NCBI GenBank assembly: GCA_028534125.1
Contig: CM052816.1
Location: 49,292,001 to 49,356,000, forward strand
Direction of reading: 5' to 3'
Length of the DNA stretch: 64,000 bases
Source: Lama glama
Lineage: Eukaryota
Positions within the stretch are counted from its first letter, which is position 1. Every line of letters begins with the position of its first letter. The translations under genes were made by a program, and so were the position numbers. The notes beneath the pieces were generated by a model. The model did not search any database, was not told where the DNA came from, and worked only from the letters and a program-made list of their open reading frames with translations. This document shows positions 12,771-25,230 of this stretch, in pieces.

Positions 12771-14257
12771 TTATGTTATCTCCATAAGGGAAGAAAGTTG
12801 TTAACTCTTTACCTTCCAAAGAGACAGCCTCTAAGTAATTTGTCATAATTTCCTATCATATATAAATACAAAGAGAGACAAATGAGTAGTTAGAGCCTAA
12901 AGTTGGTAACAGAGTGTCACTTGCCTCTTGGTCTAAGCCTCCCAAAAAATTCTGCGTTATGTAACATACAGTGGAAGCATTTAGAAACATCCATGAAATG
13001 ATTTCCAACCGCAAACGGCAATGCGCCCAGGACCTGCTTTGAATTAACAGTGAGTCAACTCAGTACTGTATTATTAGGCAGGAACATTTCAGCATCTGAG
13101 TAGAAAGACTTCTTAGAAATTATAATTCCTTTTACTAAGGGGGAAAAATAAGGAGAAAAAAATTTTAATAAATTAAAGTTTCATGGATTGAGATGAATAA
13201 AGTATTGACTAGCTTTCTAATTCGCCAGCAGGATTTCTGTGAATCCTAAACCCTATTTAGAAAAAGTTAAATTTTTCTAGTGACTGAGCATAAAAAAATG
13301 ATAACAGTATAAATAATTTGTTTTGGTTTGGAAAACAATATTATTAATTTGATACTGTTTATGACTAAAGTATGCTAGTATGACAGTAGGGTACTTGTTT
13401 TAGGAAAGTTGAAATAAATGGTAGAAAATAAACTATGGAAAGAGAGTAAAAACATAAAAAAGTACCAACATTTCTTTTTGTAACTTGCAAAACTGAGATG
13501 ATCTAATTGAACAATCTGTTACGGCGATGTCCCAAGTTTGATTGGAAATACATCCTATGTGACTATGATCTGTACCTTTCTGTTCTCATAGCTCATGTCA
13601 TCTTAAGTGCTACGTGCTCAAAAGATAACATTATCAGAGAAAACAATAAATTTGACCACTGAATCATTTGTGTAATTTTCTAGAAAACAATCAACATAAA
13701 TTATGAAATATTTCCTAATTTTTTTCCGTATGACATTAGGGTAGAAATATTGGTATCAGTCGTTAGAACTCTGGTTGATAACTTTGGTTCTCACAAAAGG
13801 GCTTTTAATTCCTGCAGAGCTCTTGCTGAGAGACATGCCAAAAACCCCTTGGACTGATAATTGGGTAGGATGAAACTTATTTACAACTCCAGTTTGTCTG
13901 CTTAAGAGTCTGCCACTATATCTATCAGAAGGATCAAATGCTGGATGACGTTTTCTGTGTGCAAATGACTCCACAGAAGAGTCAAGATGATCAAATCCCT
14001 CTCAGCCTCCCAGGTTTACTAAGAGGACCCAGTAATAAGGGCAGGAGGGGAGAGAAGTTAGGGACAGAATATGCCTTGCCACCTGAACCATAGCATCTTT
14101 TGCTCTTGAGCATTTTCCTTTTGTCTATTAATATATCTTTTGGTGAGGAGCAGATAAAGATCTAACAGTGACTGGAATCGTATGATTATTCAACCATGGC
14201 GTAAAAGAGATAAAAGAGAGTTGTAGGCTGATTCTTTAGAGCAATATCAAATGATGA

Positions 14258-14785
14258 AGTCATCTGTTCTTGTGCAACAAACTACCCTAAAACTTAGTGG
14301 CTTAAAAGAACTATAATCATTTATTTTTCTTATGAAATCTGCAGTTTGGGCAGTGCTCAGTAGGGAAAACTCATCTCTGTTCCATTCAGAGTTAGTCGGG
14401 TTGCTCAACCGAAATCTGAAGGATGGACTTCCAAAATGAGTCACTAACACGGTAGGCAAGTTGGTGCAGGATAGGGCTGAGAACTGAGCTTGAACTGAGG
14501 AGTAGGGGTCTTGGTCTTCTCACGTGGTTTCTCTGTATGGTCTAGAAGTTCTCATAGCCTGGTGGTTGGATTTCAGGGTCAAACATCCTAAGAGTTGGAA
14601 GCTCTGTCACTTTCTATGACTTAACCTCAGAAGTCTGAGTAGTCACCTCTATCCTACTTTATTGGTTGAGGCAATAGCAAAGACCTCTCCTAGTTTCAAG
14701 AAGACAGGGAGATAGAATCCAGTAACAAGATTCTGAAAGGGTATCTGGGTAGGGAATATTGTTAAGGTCTTTTTTGGACTATGAA
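14258..14785 (-). mobile_element. MLT1 (MaLR) solo LTR
   Basis: caacaaactaccctaaaacttagtggcttaaaa...aatctgcagtttgggcag is typical of MLT1 antisense. Confidence 0.8.
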
Positions 14786-14789
14786 AGCT

Positions 14790-15385
14790 GACTTAGGACT
14801 CCTAGGAGTGATATAAGAGATTTGTTATGTAGATGAGAATTTAAGTAATGGTGGGCGCCAATTAAGTAGGTGATGTAAGCCTTGGCACCTGAGTCCAGTG
14901 GTGGATCTGAAGTCTGGAAGAGAACATGGAATTGGAGTAGGGAGTGCAGGTACACAATGAAGCTCATTAGGATGGGCCAGAAATTCAGGAATGAAGTAGA
15001 ACTTCCATCAGTTTCTCTATAGAAACGGCAAAGTCTGGTTAAGAACTGTTTCCAGGCCTCCACATTTGATGATGCAGATAAGCTGCAGAGATAGTGATGC
15101 ACTTTGCCAAAGACCTGCATGTAAACTGGTCCAGGAATTAGCAAAGCTGCATAGCCAGCTTTGGAAGAGTTAAAAGCTACCCCACTGCAGCAAAGTGAGC
15201 CAGTGCACCCCAGACCAGTACTTGAGCCACACTGACTTGAGTGAAAATACGGCTGCCGTTTCATTTCCTCATTCCATCTCTCACAGTATTTTTCTTGTGA
15301 CTAATCCTAACCCAGAACCATCCAGGGAAAGACACTGCAGTTCTGGCTTTGCTAAATTGACTCAGTACAAAGCTGTTATCATAGC
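14790..15385 (-). mobile_element. Old MaLR/ERVL-type LTR relic
   Basis: cctaacccagaaccatccagggaa...gttctggctttgctaaattgactcagtacaaa terminal motif. Confidence 0.5.
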
Positions 15386-15389
15386 TTAA

Positions 15390-17400
15390 AATATGATCCA
15401 TTTTCTTGAATGTGCCATATACACTTAAATAGGCTATATTATCTACTTTTCACGATCAGTTGCATATTTATAGATCTACTTCACTGAGTTTTTTAGGTCT
15501 TCTACAAGCTTACCAAAGTATTTTCACTTGTTTGATCCTAGGTTGAGAGAATGTGTCCTGCCATTAATGTCTTCCTGTTTCTGCTTCCATGGTTTTTCTG
15601 CCTTAAGACTGTTACTGGTATATCAGTGGGTCTGTAAATATTAATAAATATGTCTTCATTGTGAAGGTAGCCTTTAAGATTATATCATGTCCCTCATTGT
15701 TTTTCTCAATACTTCTTGTCTGATTCTTGTCTTGTCAGATATTAGTATTGTGACCTCTTCTTTCTCTTGGTTTGCATTTCCTTGTATGTCTTTTTAATGT
15801 AATCTTCTAAGTTTTTAACTCTTCTGTCATTAAGTGAACGTCATGTAAAGAGCAGAAGGTTGAATTAGCTTTGTTAACCGATCACCAAACAAAAGATTTT
15901 TTTTCCTTTTATCAGGTGACTTAAGCCAACTTACATTATCATACTTGGTCACTTACATCAGTCATATTGTTTAATTTTTCTCTCTCCTTTTGAGGAGGGT
16001 TATATATACACTTTGTCTTTTAAGAAGGCATTTGTTTTTGGTCCAGTTGTTACTTTGAGACTAAAAATTCAATAAAATATCCTTAAATCCCTCTAATATC
16101 TCTATTTTTATGCCTCGCTAATATGAATTACTGTATTGAAATGAGCTAGTAAATTCTACTTGCCACGGAGCTCTGTCTTCCCAGGATCTGAGTTGAAGTA
16201 ATAGCCTTATTATCTCAGTTAATATCTCAATATTCTCCCTCTTCTTCCTTCAGTTCCAACAGATTTAGCACATGCACATTGGCAGAGCACACAGTGTTGC
16301 CTACTAAACTGTCTTCCTTATAGTCATAATTTAAGGTCAACAGGTAAAAATACATTTAATGCCTTTTAATGTCAATGCCATTTTTTGTTTGCCTGAAGTT
16401 TGTAGATTCTTCAGTAAGGAATTATGGGAATATATTTGCATATTCAGTTCAGTTTATCTGAAACCTACATGTCGAAAGTTCATTTTGACCAGATACAAAA
16501 ATTTATAGCTCACGTTTTCTTTCATTAAGTATTTTAAATGTTATTTCAATGTCTTCTAATGTGAAGTGTTACAATTGAAAAATATAATGACAATCTAAAG
16601 TTCTTTCCTTTGCAAATGACTTGTTCTTTCTGCTTGAATGTTCAAAGGATTTATTTTCTTCTTTAAAATCTCATAGTTCGACAGTAATAGGTCTTGCCAT
16701 TCTTGGTTAATTTTAACAATGAGATGCTCTTTGAGCATGTAGCTTCAAGTTGTCTTTTATGTCAGGAAATTTTTCTTGAGTTTTATACTTGACTTTTGTT
16801 ATGTTTAATTGTTTTAGTGTTGGTTTTCTTCAGAATTGATCGATCTCTCTCTGTATGTCTGTCTCAATATGTAGCATTTTTGATATATATATTTAATATG
16901 CATTTCATTTATAATATATATTTATAGAATCTTTTCCTGTCTTCTATACCTAAATTTTTTATCTTCATCATTTATTTTAAAATTGTCATATTCTTCATCT
17001 CTCTCTTTAGATATAATCCATTTACTTACTCTTAGGTTCCTTCTAATTTAGTGTCAATTTATAAAATGAAGTTTTGTTTTATGAATCTGTCTCCTTTCAT
17101 CAAATCTTTTTCTCGAATCCCTTTATTTTTGAATTGATTTGTTTTTATAGCACATGTCACTTTTAAATTCATGTTTATCATTTTGAAATATTAGGTTATT
17201 GTTTCATCTGATCTGTGAGCAAGTTTTTCTGGTGTATTTTTATTGTTCATTAGGATGCTATTCTGTTTCTTGTTTCTTTCTCATCATAAATTATGTATGG
17301 AGTCTGACTGAAACTACTGTTGCTCTCTTATTACATGCGATTATTTTTTCTGTATTTTTAGGGTGTTTGTGTGGCTCAGGACGGCTTTGCTTTTTGTAGG
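15390..17400 (-). mobile_element. Very old L1 (L1ME/L1M-type) ORF1 and 5' ORF2 relic
   Basis: T-rich antisense L1 sequence, e.g. gtcttgtcagatattagtattgtgacctcttctttctcttggtttgcatttcc. Confidence 0.6.
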
Positions 17401-17574
17401 AGGAGAAATGATAATTAAATACAATGCAGGATCCTCAATAGAATAGAACAGAATAGAATACTGAGAATAAAAATAGATGAAAAATTAGTGGTATTTGAGT
17501 ACAGCCTGTAGTTAATTTAATAAGTGTATGAATATTAATTTCCTGTTCTTAATTATTATAGTTATGCAGTCGAT

Positions 17575-18540
17575 TTTTTAACTTTTTATTGATTTATAAT
17601 CATTTTACAATGTGTCAAATTCCAGTGTAGAGTACAGTTTTTCAGTTATACATGAACATGTATATATTCATTGTCACATTTTTTTCTCTGTGAGCTACCA
17701 TAAGATCTTGTATATATTTCCCTGTGCTATACAGTATAATCTTGTTTATCTATTCTGCAATTTTGAAATCGCAGTCTATCTCTTCCCATCCCGTTGCCCC
17801 TTGGCAACCACAAATTTATATTCTATGTCTGTGAGTCTATTTTGTTTTGTATTTATGCTTTGGTTTTTTTTTTTTTAGATTCCACATATGAGCGATCTCA
17901 TATGGCATTTCTCTTTCTGGCTTACTTCACTTAGAATGACATTCTCCAGGAGCATCCATGTTGCTGCAAATGGCATTATGTTGTCGGTTTTTATGGCTGA
18001 GTAGTATTCCATTGTATAAATATACCACCTCTTCTTTATCTAGTCATCTGTTGGTGGACATTTAGGCTGTTTCCATGTCTTGGCTATTGTAAATAATGCT
18101 GCTATGAACATTGGGGTGCAGGTGTCATCCTGAAGTAGGGTTCCTTCTGGATATATCCCCAGGAGCGGGATTACTGGGTCAATGGTAAGTCTATTCCTAG
18201 TCTTTTGAGTAATCTCCATGCTGTTTTCCACAGTGGCTGCACCAAACTGCATTCCCACAGCAGTGAAAGAGGGTTCCCTTTTCTCCACAGCCTCTCCAGC
18301 ATTTGTCATTTGTGGATTTTTGAAGGATGACCATTCTGACTGGTGTGAGGTGATACCTCATTGTAATTTTGACTTGCATTTCTCTGATAATTAGTGATAT
18401 TGAGCATTTTTTCATGTGCCTATTGATCATTTGTATGTCTTCCTTGCAGAATTGCTTGTTTAGGTCTTCTGCCCATTTTTGGATTGGGTTGTTTATCTTT
18501 TTCTTATTGAGTTGTATGAGCTGCTTATATATTCTGGAGG
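17575..18540 (-). mobile_element. Young lineage-specific (camelid-type) L1 3' end, 5'-truncated
   Basis: ORF2 C-terminal peptides [15 protein letters not shown] and TCTPMFIAALFTIAKTWKQPKCP; well-preserved 3' UTR. Confidence 0.93.
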
Positions 18541-18584
18541 TGAAACAGGATAAAGGATATAAATGAACTCTGGCAATTTAAATT

Positions 18585-20065
18585 TTTTTTTAAATTGTGA
18601 TATAATTGACATATAACATTGTGTTAGTTTTAGCTATACAACATAATTATCTGAATTAGTTGAATTATATTGTTGTATACCTAAAACAGATATATAATCA
18701 AATAATTACCACAGTAACTTTACTTAACATTCATCACCTTAGTTACAAATTTTTGTGTGTGTGTATGATGAGAAACTAAGGTTTACTCTCTTAGCAAATT
18801 CAAATGTACAATATAGTATTATTAACTAGTCATCATGTTGTGCATAACATCTCCAGGACTTACTTATCTTATAAGTGGAAATTTGTACCATTTGACCAGC
18901 CTCACTCCCACCCCTGCCTCTGGCAACTACCAGTCTGTTCCTTGTATCTATGAGTTCTGTTTTTTTTTTTTTTCTTTCTTTTAGATTCCACATGTAAGTG
19001 ATACCATACAAAATTCATCTTTTTCTCTCTGACCTACTTCACTAAGCATAATACCCCTACAATCTCTTCATGCTGTCACAAAAGGCAGGATTTCCTTCTT
19101 TTTTATGGTTGTATAATATTCTGTTGCATATACACAACATTTTCTTCATTCATCTCTCAGTGGACACTTAGGTTTTTTCCTTATCTTGGCTTTTGTAAAT
19201 AATGCTGCAGTGTATATGGGGATACAGCTGTCTCATCCAGATAGTGATTTCATTTCTTTAGTATATATACCCAGAAGTGGAATTGCTCAATATTATAGGA
19301 GTTCTGTACACCATATACAAAAATAAACTCAAAATGGGTTAAAGACTTTAATGTAAGACCAGATAATATAAAACTCCTAGAGGAAAACATAGGCAGAACA
19401 GTCTTGGACATAAATCACAGCAATGTGTTTTTCTGAATCAACACCTGAAATAGTGAAAATAAAGTCAAAAGTAAACAAATGGGATCTAATTAAACTTAAA
19501 AGCTTTTGTTTTTATCTTATTGAGGAACCTTCATACTATTTTCCATAATGGCTGGACCAATTTACATTCCCGTCAGTGCACCACAGTGCACAAGGATTCC
19601 CTTTTCTCCAAATCCTCACCAACACTTACTTCTTCTCTTTTTTATAATAACCTTTCTAATAAGTGTGAAGTAACATCTCATTTTGGTTTTGATTTCTGTT
19701 TCCTCGAAGATAAATCAATATTAAGCGCCTTCTCATGTAACTCTTAGTCATTTGTGTGTCTTATTTAGATAAATGTCAGTTCAGTTCCTCTGTCCACTTT
19801 TTAATCAAATCATTTGTTTTTTATATACTAAGTTGTAAGAGTTCTTAATATATTTTAAATATTAACCTTGCATCAGATATACGATTTGCAACCGTTTTCT
19901 CTCATTCCGTAGGTTGCATTTTCACTTTGTTGATTTTCTTTGCCACATAGAAGCTTTTGATTTTATGTAGTCCCACTTGTTTATTTTTACTTTTGTTGCC
20001 TTTGCCTTTGATATCAAAGGCACATCTCAGTGAGCAGCATGTTGCTTATGTTTCCTTCTAGGAGT
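18585..20065 (-). mobile_element. L1 (L1MA-like) 3' portion
   Basis: Antisense 3' UTR plus ORF2 motifs (tgaggaaccttcatactattttccataatggctg). Confidence 0.9.
19308..19508 (+). mobile_element. Sense-oriented internal L1 ORF2 fragment inserted in the minus-strand L1
   Basis: acaccatatacaaaaataaactcaaaatgg ([10 protein letters not shown]) through gatctaattaaacttaaaagctt (DLIKLKSF). Confidence 0.9.
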
Positions 20066-20069
20066 ATGA

Positions 20070-20138
20070 AGGTATGTGTTGTTTGAAACTGCTAAATTGT
20101 GGTGTAAGTTGTAATGCAGCAATAGATAATTAATACAG
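20070..20138 (+). mobile_element. MLT1 LTR 3' terminal fragment
   Basis: ttgtaatgcagcaatagataattaataca. Confidence 0.6.
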
Positions 20139-21599
20139 GAAGAATAAAAAGAAAGAAGATAGGAATCTTAAAACTAGGACCCAAATAACAAGAACTTGGA
20201 GTAGAAGGATGAAAATAGAAGATTCATAGAGATAAAAGGCAGTGTTACCATGGGTGCAGTTTTAGGAGTTTTAGGAGTTTCCTGAAGGAAACTCTGAGAA
20301 AACTAGACTTTAATCTCTATACACCTATAGCTTAAAATTGACTCAACCAGACTGAAAAGAAATTATCATATATAATGTACATTTTGGTACTTAAAAAATC
20401 ACTTTTTGTGTCATGTTTGGGTCTGAATCATATTCTGTTTTTACTGTAAATGAAAGAAATGTATTAGGGTTACACAGGCTTGGATTTGAATACTAGTTCT
20501 TTGGTACACAGTTTCCAACTTGATCTTCAAAACAGGAAGAAAGACTGGCAAAAAACCCTTTTTTCATCTTAACTTATTATGCTTTTCAAATTTAATAACC
20601 TTTTTTTAAAAAATTGGATTCATTCTCTTAATTTCAGTTTTAGACTGTCTCAGATATGTCTGTAATGTTAAGATTTTTCTCCTATCTCAAGAAATAATCT
20701 TAGCCAGGTTAATTAAATTTCTACATTATATATATGAACTCTATCTACATTGTTATTAAATTTCATACGTAGTGGATAAACAGCCATCACCAGGAAAAAA
20801 AGCCATTAGCAAATACCAACATACAATTCTAACCTGGGATAACAATTTTACATGCTCTCAGTTACTAGGGAGACAATGGGCGAGCACATGGCTGTACTGA
20901 CACAATACTCTCGCTTCTTTAGAAAGCCTCCTTGAGGATAGGCATTTGTATAAGTGGATATATAAAGAGTTATATGCTTTACTCACCTCTCACTGTAATC
21001 CTTCCTGAACTTTCTACCAAACCGTAAATTCACATCAAATGTTCATACAGTTGGTTTATCCAGTATTAAATGTAACTCTCAAGAATGTTTAATATTACAC
21101 AAAAGTGTGCCCTCCAACCCTACGGTGTAATTTAAAATTGAGCCATAGGAAAGAATATCTCCTACATTTAAAACATTCTAAAATTCTATTTGCTGTCATT
21201 GTATTTCTTGGATATGAAACAGACTTCTTTTTCATTAATCACTCTGTGTTCTTTTTGTGTGCTAATTTTCATTGAAAACCAAAAAAAAAAAAAGTTGCCA
21301 TTATTGACTCTTCCAAATCAAGCAGAAATTTGATATTTGTTCATATTCTTTTACTCATTTTATACTCTTCATACTCTACCACACACTTTTTTTTTTTATT
21401 TCTAGAAATGGACTCCACTGATTCCATTATCTCTCTTGTTTCAAGAGGAAATACTACTTGAGTACAGTGCAGTCCAGTCCTCTAGCTACAGCTGACTGAG
21501 GGAGGTGTGGAGAGATGGGATCCATGCTGGGGCAAAGGGGACATTTCTTATGAATTTGAACTTGATACTTAGAGAGACAAGTGCGTAGATACATAACCA

Positions 21600-21750
21600 C
21601 AGGTTAGTTATTAACTTTTATGGCTCAGTTTTCACATATATGAATTAATCATCATAAAAATACTTACCTCTTTGGGCTTCTGTGAGGATTACATAGGATA
21701 ATATACAGAGAGAATGCCTGGCACTTAGTACATAGCCAATAACTGCTTGT
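21600..21750 (+). mobile_element. MIR fragment
   Basis: ctcagttttcacat...tacctc...gtgaggatt...tgcctggcacttagta. Confidence 0.7.
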
Positions 21751-22746
21751 TCTGTCGATGGTTGTTATGCTTATTCTTTTTATTTCATTGTTGCTTAGGA
21801 ATATTCTAGACCAAACAGTAAAGCAAGCCTACTTACATTAAAAGATTAATAAATAAGTCAAGAAATAAATACACACAAGGCACTGGAGTCTTTGTATTCA
21901 GGTGTCTTCCATGTCTAGTGAATTCCTCTTTTTAGTTTTCATGAGCTTCTCTGCTAATCTCATAATAAAGTTGGAGTTTAAGATTAGTTGCAGTAGATCT
22001 ATCTACCTTCAGACAGAAGAGCTATACCTAATATGAGAAGTTTTATATACACACACATACACACACACAGATATATACTATATTCAGAATATTATCAATA
22101 TTACTAATTTATCTTTTATTACTCTTTAGTAGAACAGAAACAAATATCCTGTGACTACGAAAGTTTTTACCATATTTAAAATAAGACTAAAACTTTAAGT
22201 AACAGTTGGTCATGGTCTTGTTTGCTTCCCTTTAATAGTTAATGTACACTTTCTATTTAGACACTAGAGTTAATATTCTATCCACCTTCAGATTTCATCA
22301 ACTCTGTCTCAATGGAGCAACTAATGAATGGACACTTGTGATGGTGATAAGTTATTTGGCAGCCTACACGATTTTAATAAACACATCATTTTAAACCCTT
22401 ACCATCTGTCCTTTGCTCTAATTACAGTTGCAAGATGACTATAATTATGAATTATATCCCAGAATAAGGTGCAAGTGATTTAAATGTTTTACGTTTTTAA
22501 TTAGTGGTTATCAACTAGTATATTCATTTTTGTAAGTAGACAAGAACTTAAAAATGAGAAACATCTTCAATTTCTCACACACAAAAAAAGCATACTTAAA
22601 CACATTATGGGACATTCCAATAATACAATACTCTGGAGTGACTAATGATGCTATATACATAGATGTTGTGCACATCAATCAAAATATAATAGAGAATAAC
22701 CTCTGTTTTTAAATGGCTTATTTATGAGAAACCCACCTATACTCAC

Positions 22747-22773
22747 GTGTGTGTGTGTGTATGTGTGTGTGTG
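22747..22773. repeat. (TG)n microsatellite, interrupted
   Basis: gtgtgtgtgtgtgtatgtgtgtgtgt. Confidence 0.9.
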
Positions 22774-22828
22774 TATTCCAGAAGCAGATCCTGAGAAAGG
22801 ATTTGAGTATATGTGGTAAATTTAATGG

Positions 22829-23227
22829 TGTATTACTTACCTGATGTATAACAAATTGCCTAAAAACATAATATCTTAAGTGACAAACATTCACTATCAC
22901 ACACAGTTTCTGAAATTTGGGAGTACAAAGATGGCTTAACTAGGAAGTTCTGATTCAAGGTCTCTCCTGAGATTGTAGTCAAAATGTCAGCCCACCATCT
23001 GAGGACTTAAGTGAGAAGATCCTCTTCCAAGAGGGCTCATATTCATAGCTCTTGGCAAGAGACCTTAGTTTCTTGCTGGCTGTTCACAGAACATGTTGCC
23101 ATTTCTTCTCCGTTCTCTTTATTAGACCCGTGTGACTAATTCCAGCATACTCTCAAGAGGAGAGGAATTAGGCTTCACCTCTTGAAAGGAGTATAAAAAC
23201 TGCAGATTTATTTTAAAACCACTACAG
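22829..23227 (-). mobile_element. MLT1 solo LTR (nested)
   Basis: tgtattactt...tataacaaattgcctaaaa...cacctcttgaaagga...ttttaaaaccactaca. Confidence 0.8.
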
Positions 23228-23384
23228 TTATTTAATCTCGGGAAAGGCTGATTGGGGAACAGGGATATGAGACATGGCATGGAAAGAATTCAAAACAGGT
23301 TATATTAATGGGTAGGTTAATGATTGTGGACAACCAGGCTCAGTTCCTACTGGGGAATCTTTGGGAGAGGTTGTGGAACATGGT

Positions 23385-23806
23385 TGTGTTAGTTTTTCTG
23401 AGAAATTGAGATTAGATGAGCAATTAATTTACTGGGGAAATTCCTATGAAGGATAAAAAGGAGGAAGCAAGAATAGACAGGGAAAACATTTGGAATCATT
23501 GTAGGTGTGACAGCTATGAAGGGAGAGGGGAAAGGAAAGGGAATTTGACAGGAAGAGTCTCAAACAGCAGTGAAGTGCAGTTCTGAGAGTCAGTCGGGTC
23601 AATAGGGAGTGCCCATTGGAGGTGTCACAGATGCCACAACAAGGGCTGGCATTAGGAATCCACTGTGCTTAGTTATTCACTTAGAACAGCCCTAGGAAAG
23701 TGTGGCTGCAGCACAAGTGCAGTATTGGGTCAAGAAAGGTGGCAATCCAAACTGTCAGTCACTGTGAGCCCTGTGGCATAAGATCTGAACAGTGTTATTT
23801 TCTGCA
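23385..23806 (-). mobile_element. 3' LTR of an ERV-L (ERV3-16A3-like) provirus
   Basis: Begins tgtgttag...gagattaga...tttactggggaaa, the antisense of an ERVL LTR end. Confidence 0.7.
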
Positions 23807-24448
23807 GCCCACTTGTTGCACTGCACAGACCTAATTCTCAATGCAAGTTCCAAGAATAGATCCATGATGATTGCCTTGGCCCTCCCTTCTTGAAGGGAAC
23901 AGTAAAAGAGATTGATGATGCCAGCTACAGAACCCATGACTGTAGTTGGTCTTGGGGTCATAAGTCTCACTTACCCTCTTCTCCATTGTCATTCTAGGGT
24001 CCCCTCACCCTCAGCTATTACCTTAGCAGGTTTTGATGACTAAACTTGGATTGTGACCCAAACTTTCATTCCTGAGGGCCTAAACCCTTGGTACTCATGG
24101 TTTCTTGAGCCATAGTTGTTACTGATGTCCATTCACAGTTACAATAGGCATGAGGGAACTGAGGACCACATATGGTGGATCATCAAGGTTGCATATGTAC
24201 TTCTACCTGCCACAGTTGTATAAAAACAGCTCAACCATCTCATGCTTGTGAGTATGGATTATTCTGGCCAAAATGATGACTACTTTTCTCACCTGGCATC
24301 CAAAGTGCCCTGGTGGCGTCTGTAGCTTACAGTTTAATGGTTTCCTTGCCATGCTAGTGACATCGTCTTTGCCCATAGGATGATCAGTTGGCCCATCCTG
24401 AAACTCCAACTTACCTCTTGTTTTCTCTAAATATTCCTGAACTGCCTT
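23807..24448 (-). pseudogene. ERV-L internal remnant: short leader fused to a decayed dUTPase/post-pol region
   Basis: Minus-strand translation KPLNCKLQTPPGHFG..VIILARIIH..VELFLYNCG resembles ERV-L dUTPase PLNWKLRLPPGHFG..VTVLAGVID..IGLLLHNGG; MKVWVT and KVIAEGEG motifs follow; stops and frameshifts present. Confidence 0.8.
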
Positions 24449-24720
24449 TGTTTGATTACATTTTTGAGAAGCAGCCAAGATGGGATTAGGTATAAAAGAG
24501 ATTTACTTCAGGGAAACACTCATGATGAAGAAAGGGAAGGAAGAGGAGTTAGACGGAAGAGTGCTCAGACCACAAGAAGGTCTATGCAAAAAAGAGGAGA
24601 GGGAAAGATGACTGGGGGAGAAGAGACTCGGCTTTGTCAGGCACATGGCAGATTCTCCAGCCTTAGTTACCTTTTAGAGAAGTCCCACATCTCATAGGAG
24701 TGGTCCACCACAGTATCTTA
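24449..24720 (-). mobile_element. Partial 5' LTR of the same ERV-L provirus
   Basis: gagaagcagccaagatgggattagg...gagatttact...gggaaacac is homologous to the 23385 LTR. Confidence 0.7.
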
Positions 24721-25079
24721 GTCTCCCTACCTGAAGAATTCCAAAAAAGCTGAACTCTTCATCTTTTAATTCCCATTATTATTGCGCAAAGAAGAAAGTT
24801 CTCAGGCAGAACATCATGGGTGCTTTCAAAAGGAATCCATAGGCATGTGTCAGTGAGGGTCTAGGGAATATTTGGGGGAAACCAGTGAAATTTTTTACAA
24901 ATGTGCATATATTCACATACATCTTTAGGAAAAGGAAAGTCTAAAATTGTAAATGAAAATGTTGACAGTAATGATATCTGAGTGGTTAGATTTGGGGCTT
25001 CTATTTAGCTTTTCAGTATTTTTTGACTTTTCTGATAATCTAATATTTTACATTAAAGTTTAGTGATGGAAGTTAGTTT

Positions 25080-25230
25080 TATTTTTTAACACTTTTATTA
25101 TGGTATGATTCCTGTATAGTAAACTACACATATTTGAAATGAACAATTTAATGCACTTTGATAGCTGTATACATGAATGAAATCACCACCAAAATCAAGA
25201 TAGCTAACATTCCATTACTCCTCAAGAGGT
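25080..25230 (-). mobile_element. Old L1 3' UTR terminal fragment
   Basis: tgaaatcaccaccaaaatcaagatagctaacattccattactcc. Confidence 0.6.

Larger units (their letters stand above)
22775..24890 (-). mobile_element. Host ERV-L class LTR in pieces (~22775-22828, 23230-23384, 24720-24890)
   Basis: cagaagcagatcctgagaaaggatttgagt terminus; continuation motifs resume after each nested insert. Confidence 0.55.

Noticed and set aside
13756..13974. 72 aa ORF in unique sequence
   Set aside because: No splice signals or known similarity; length expected by chance
14779..15264. 161 aa minus-strand ORF
   Set aside because: Lies in an LTR-like relic; no recognisable domain or splice context
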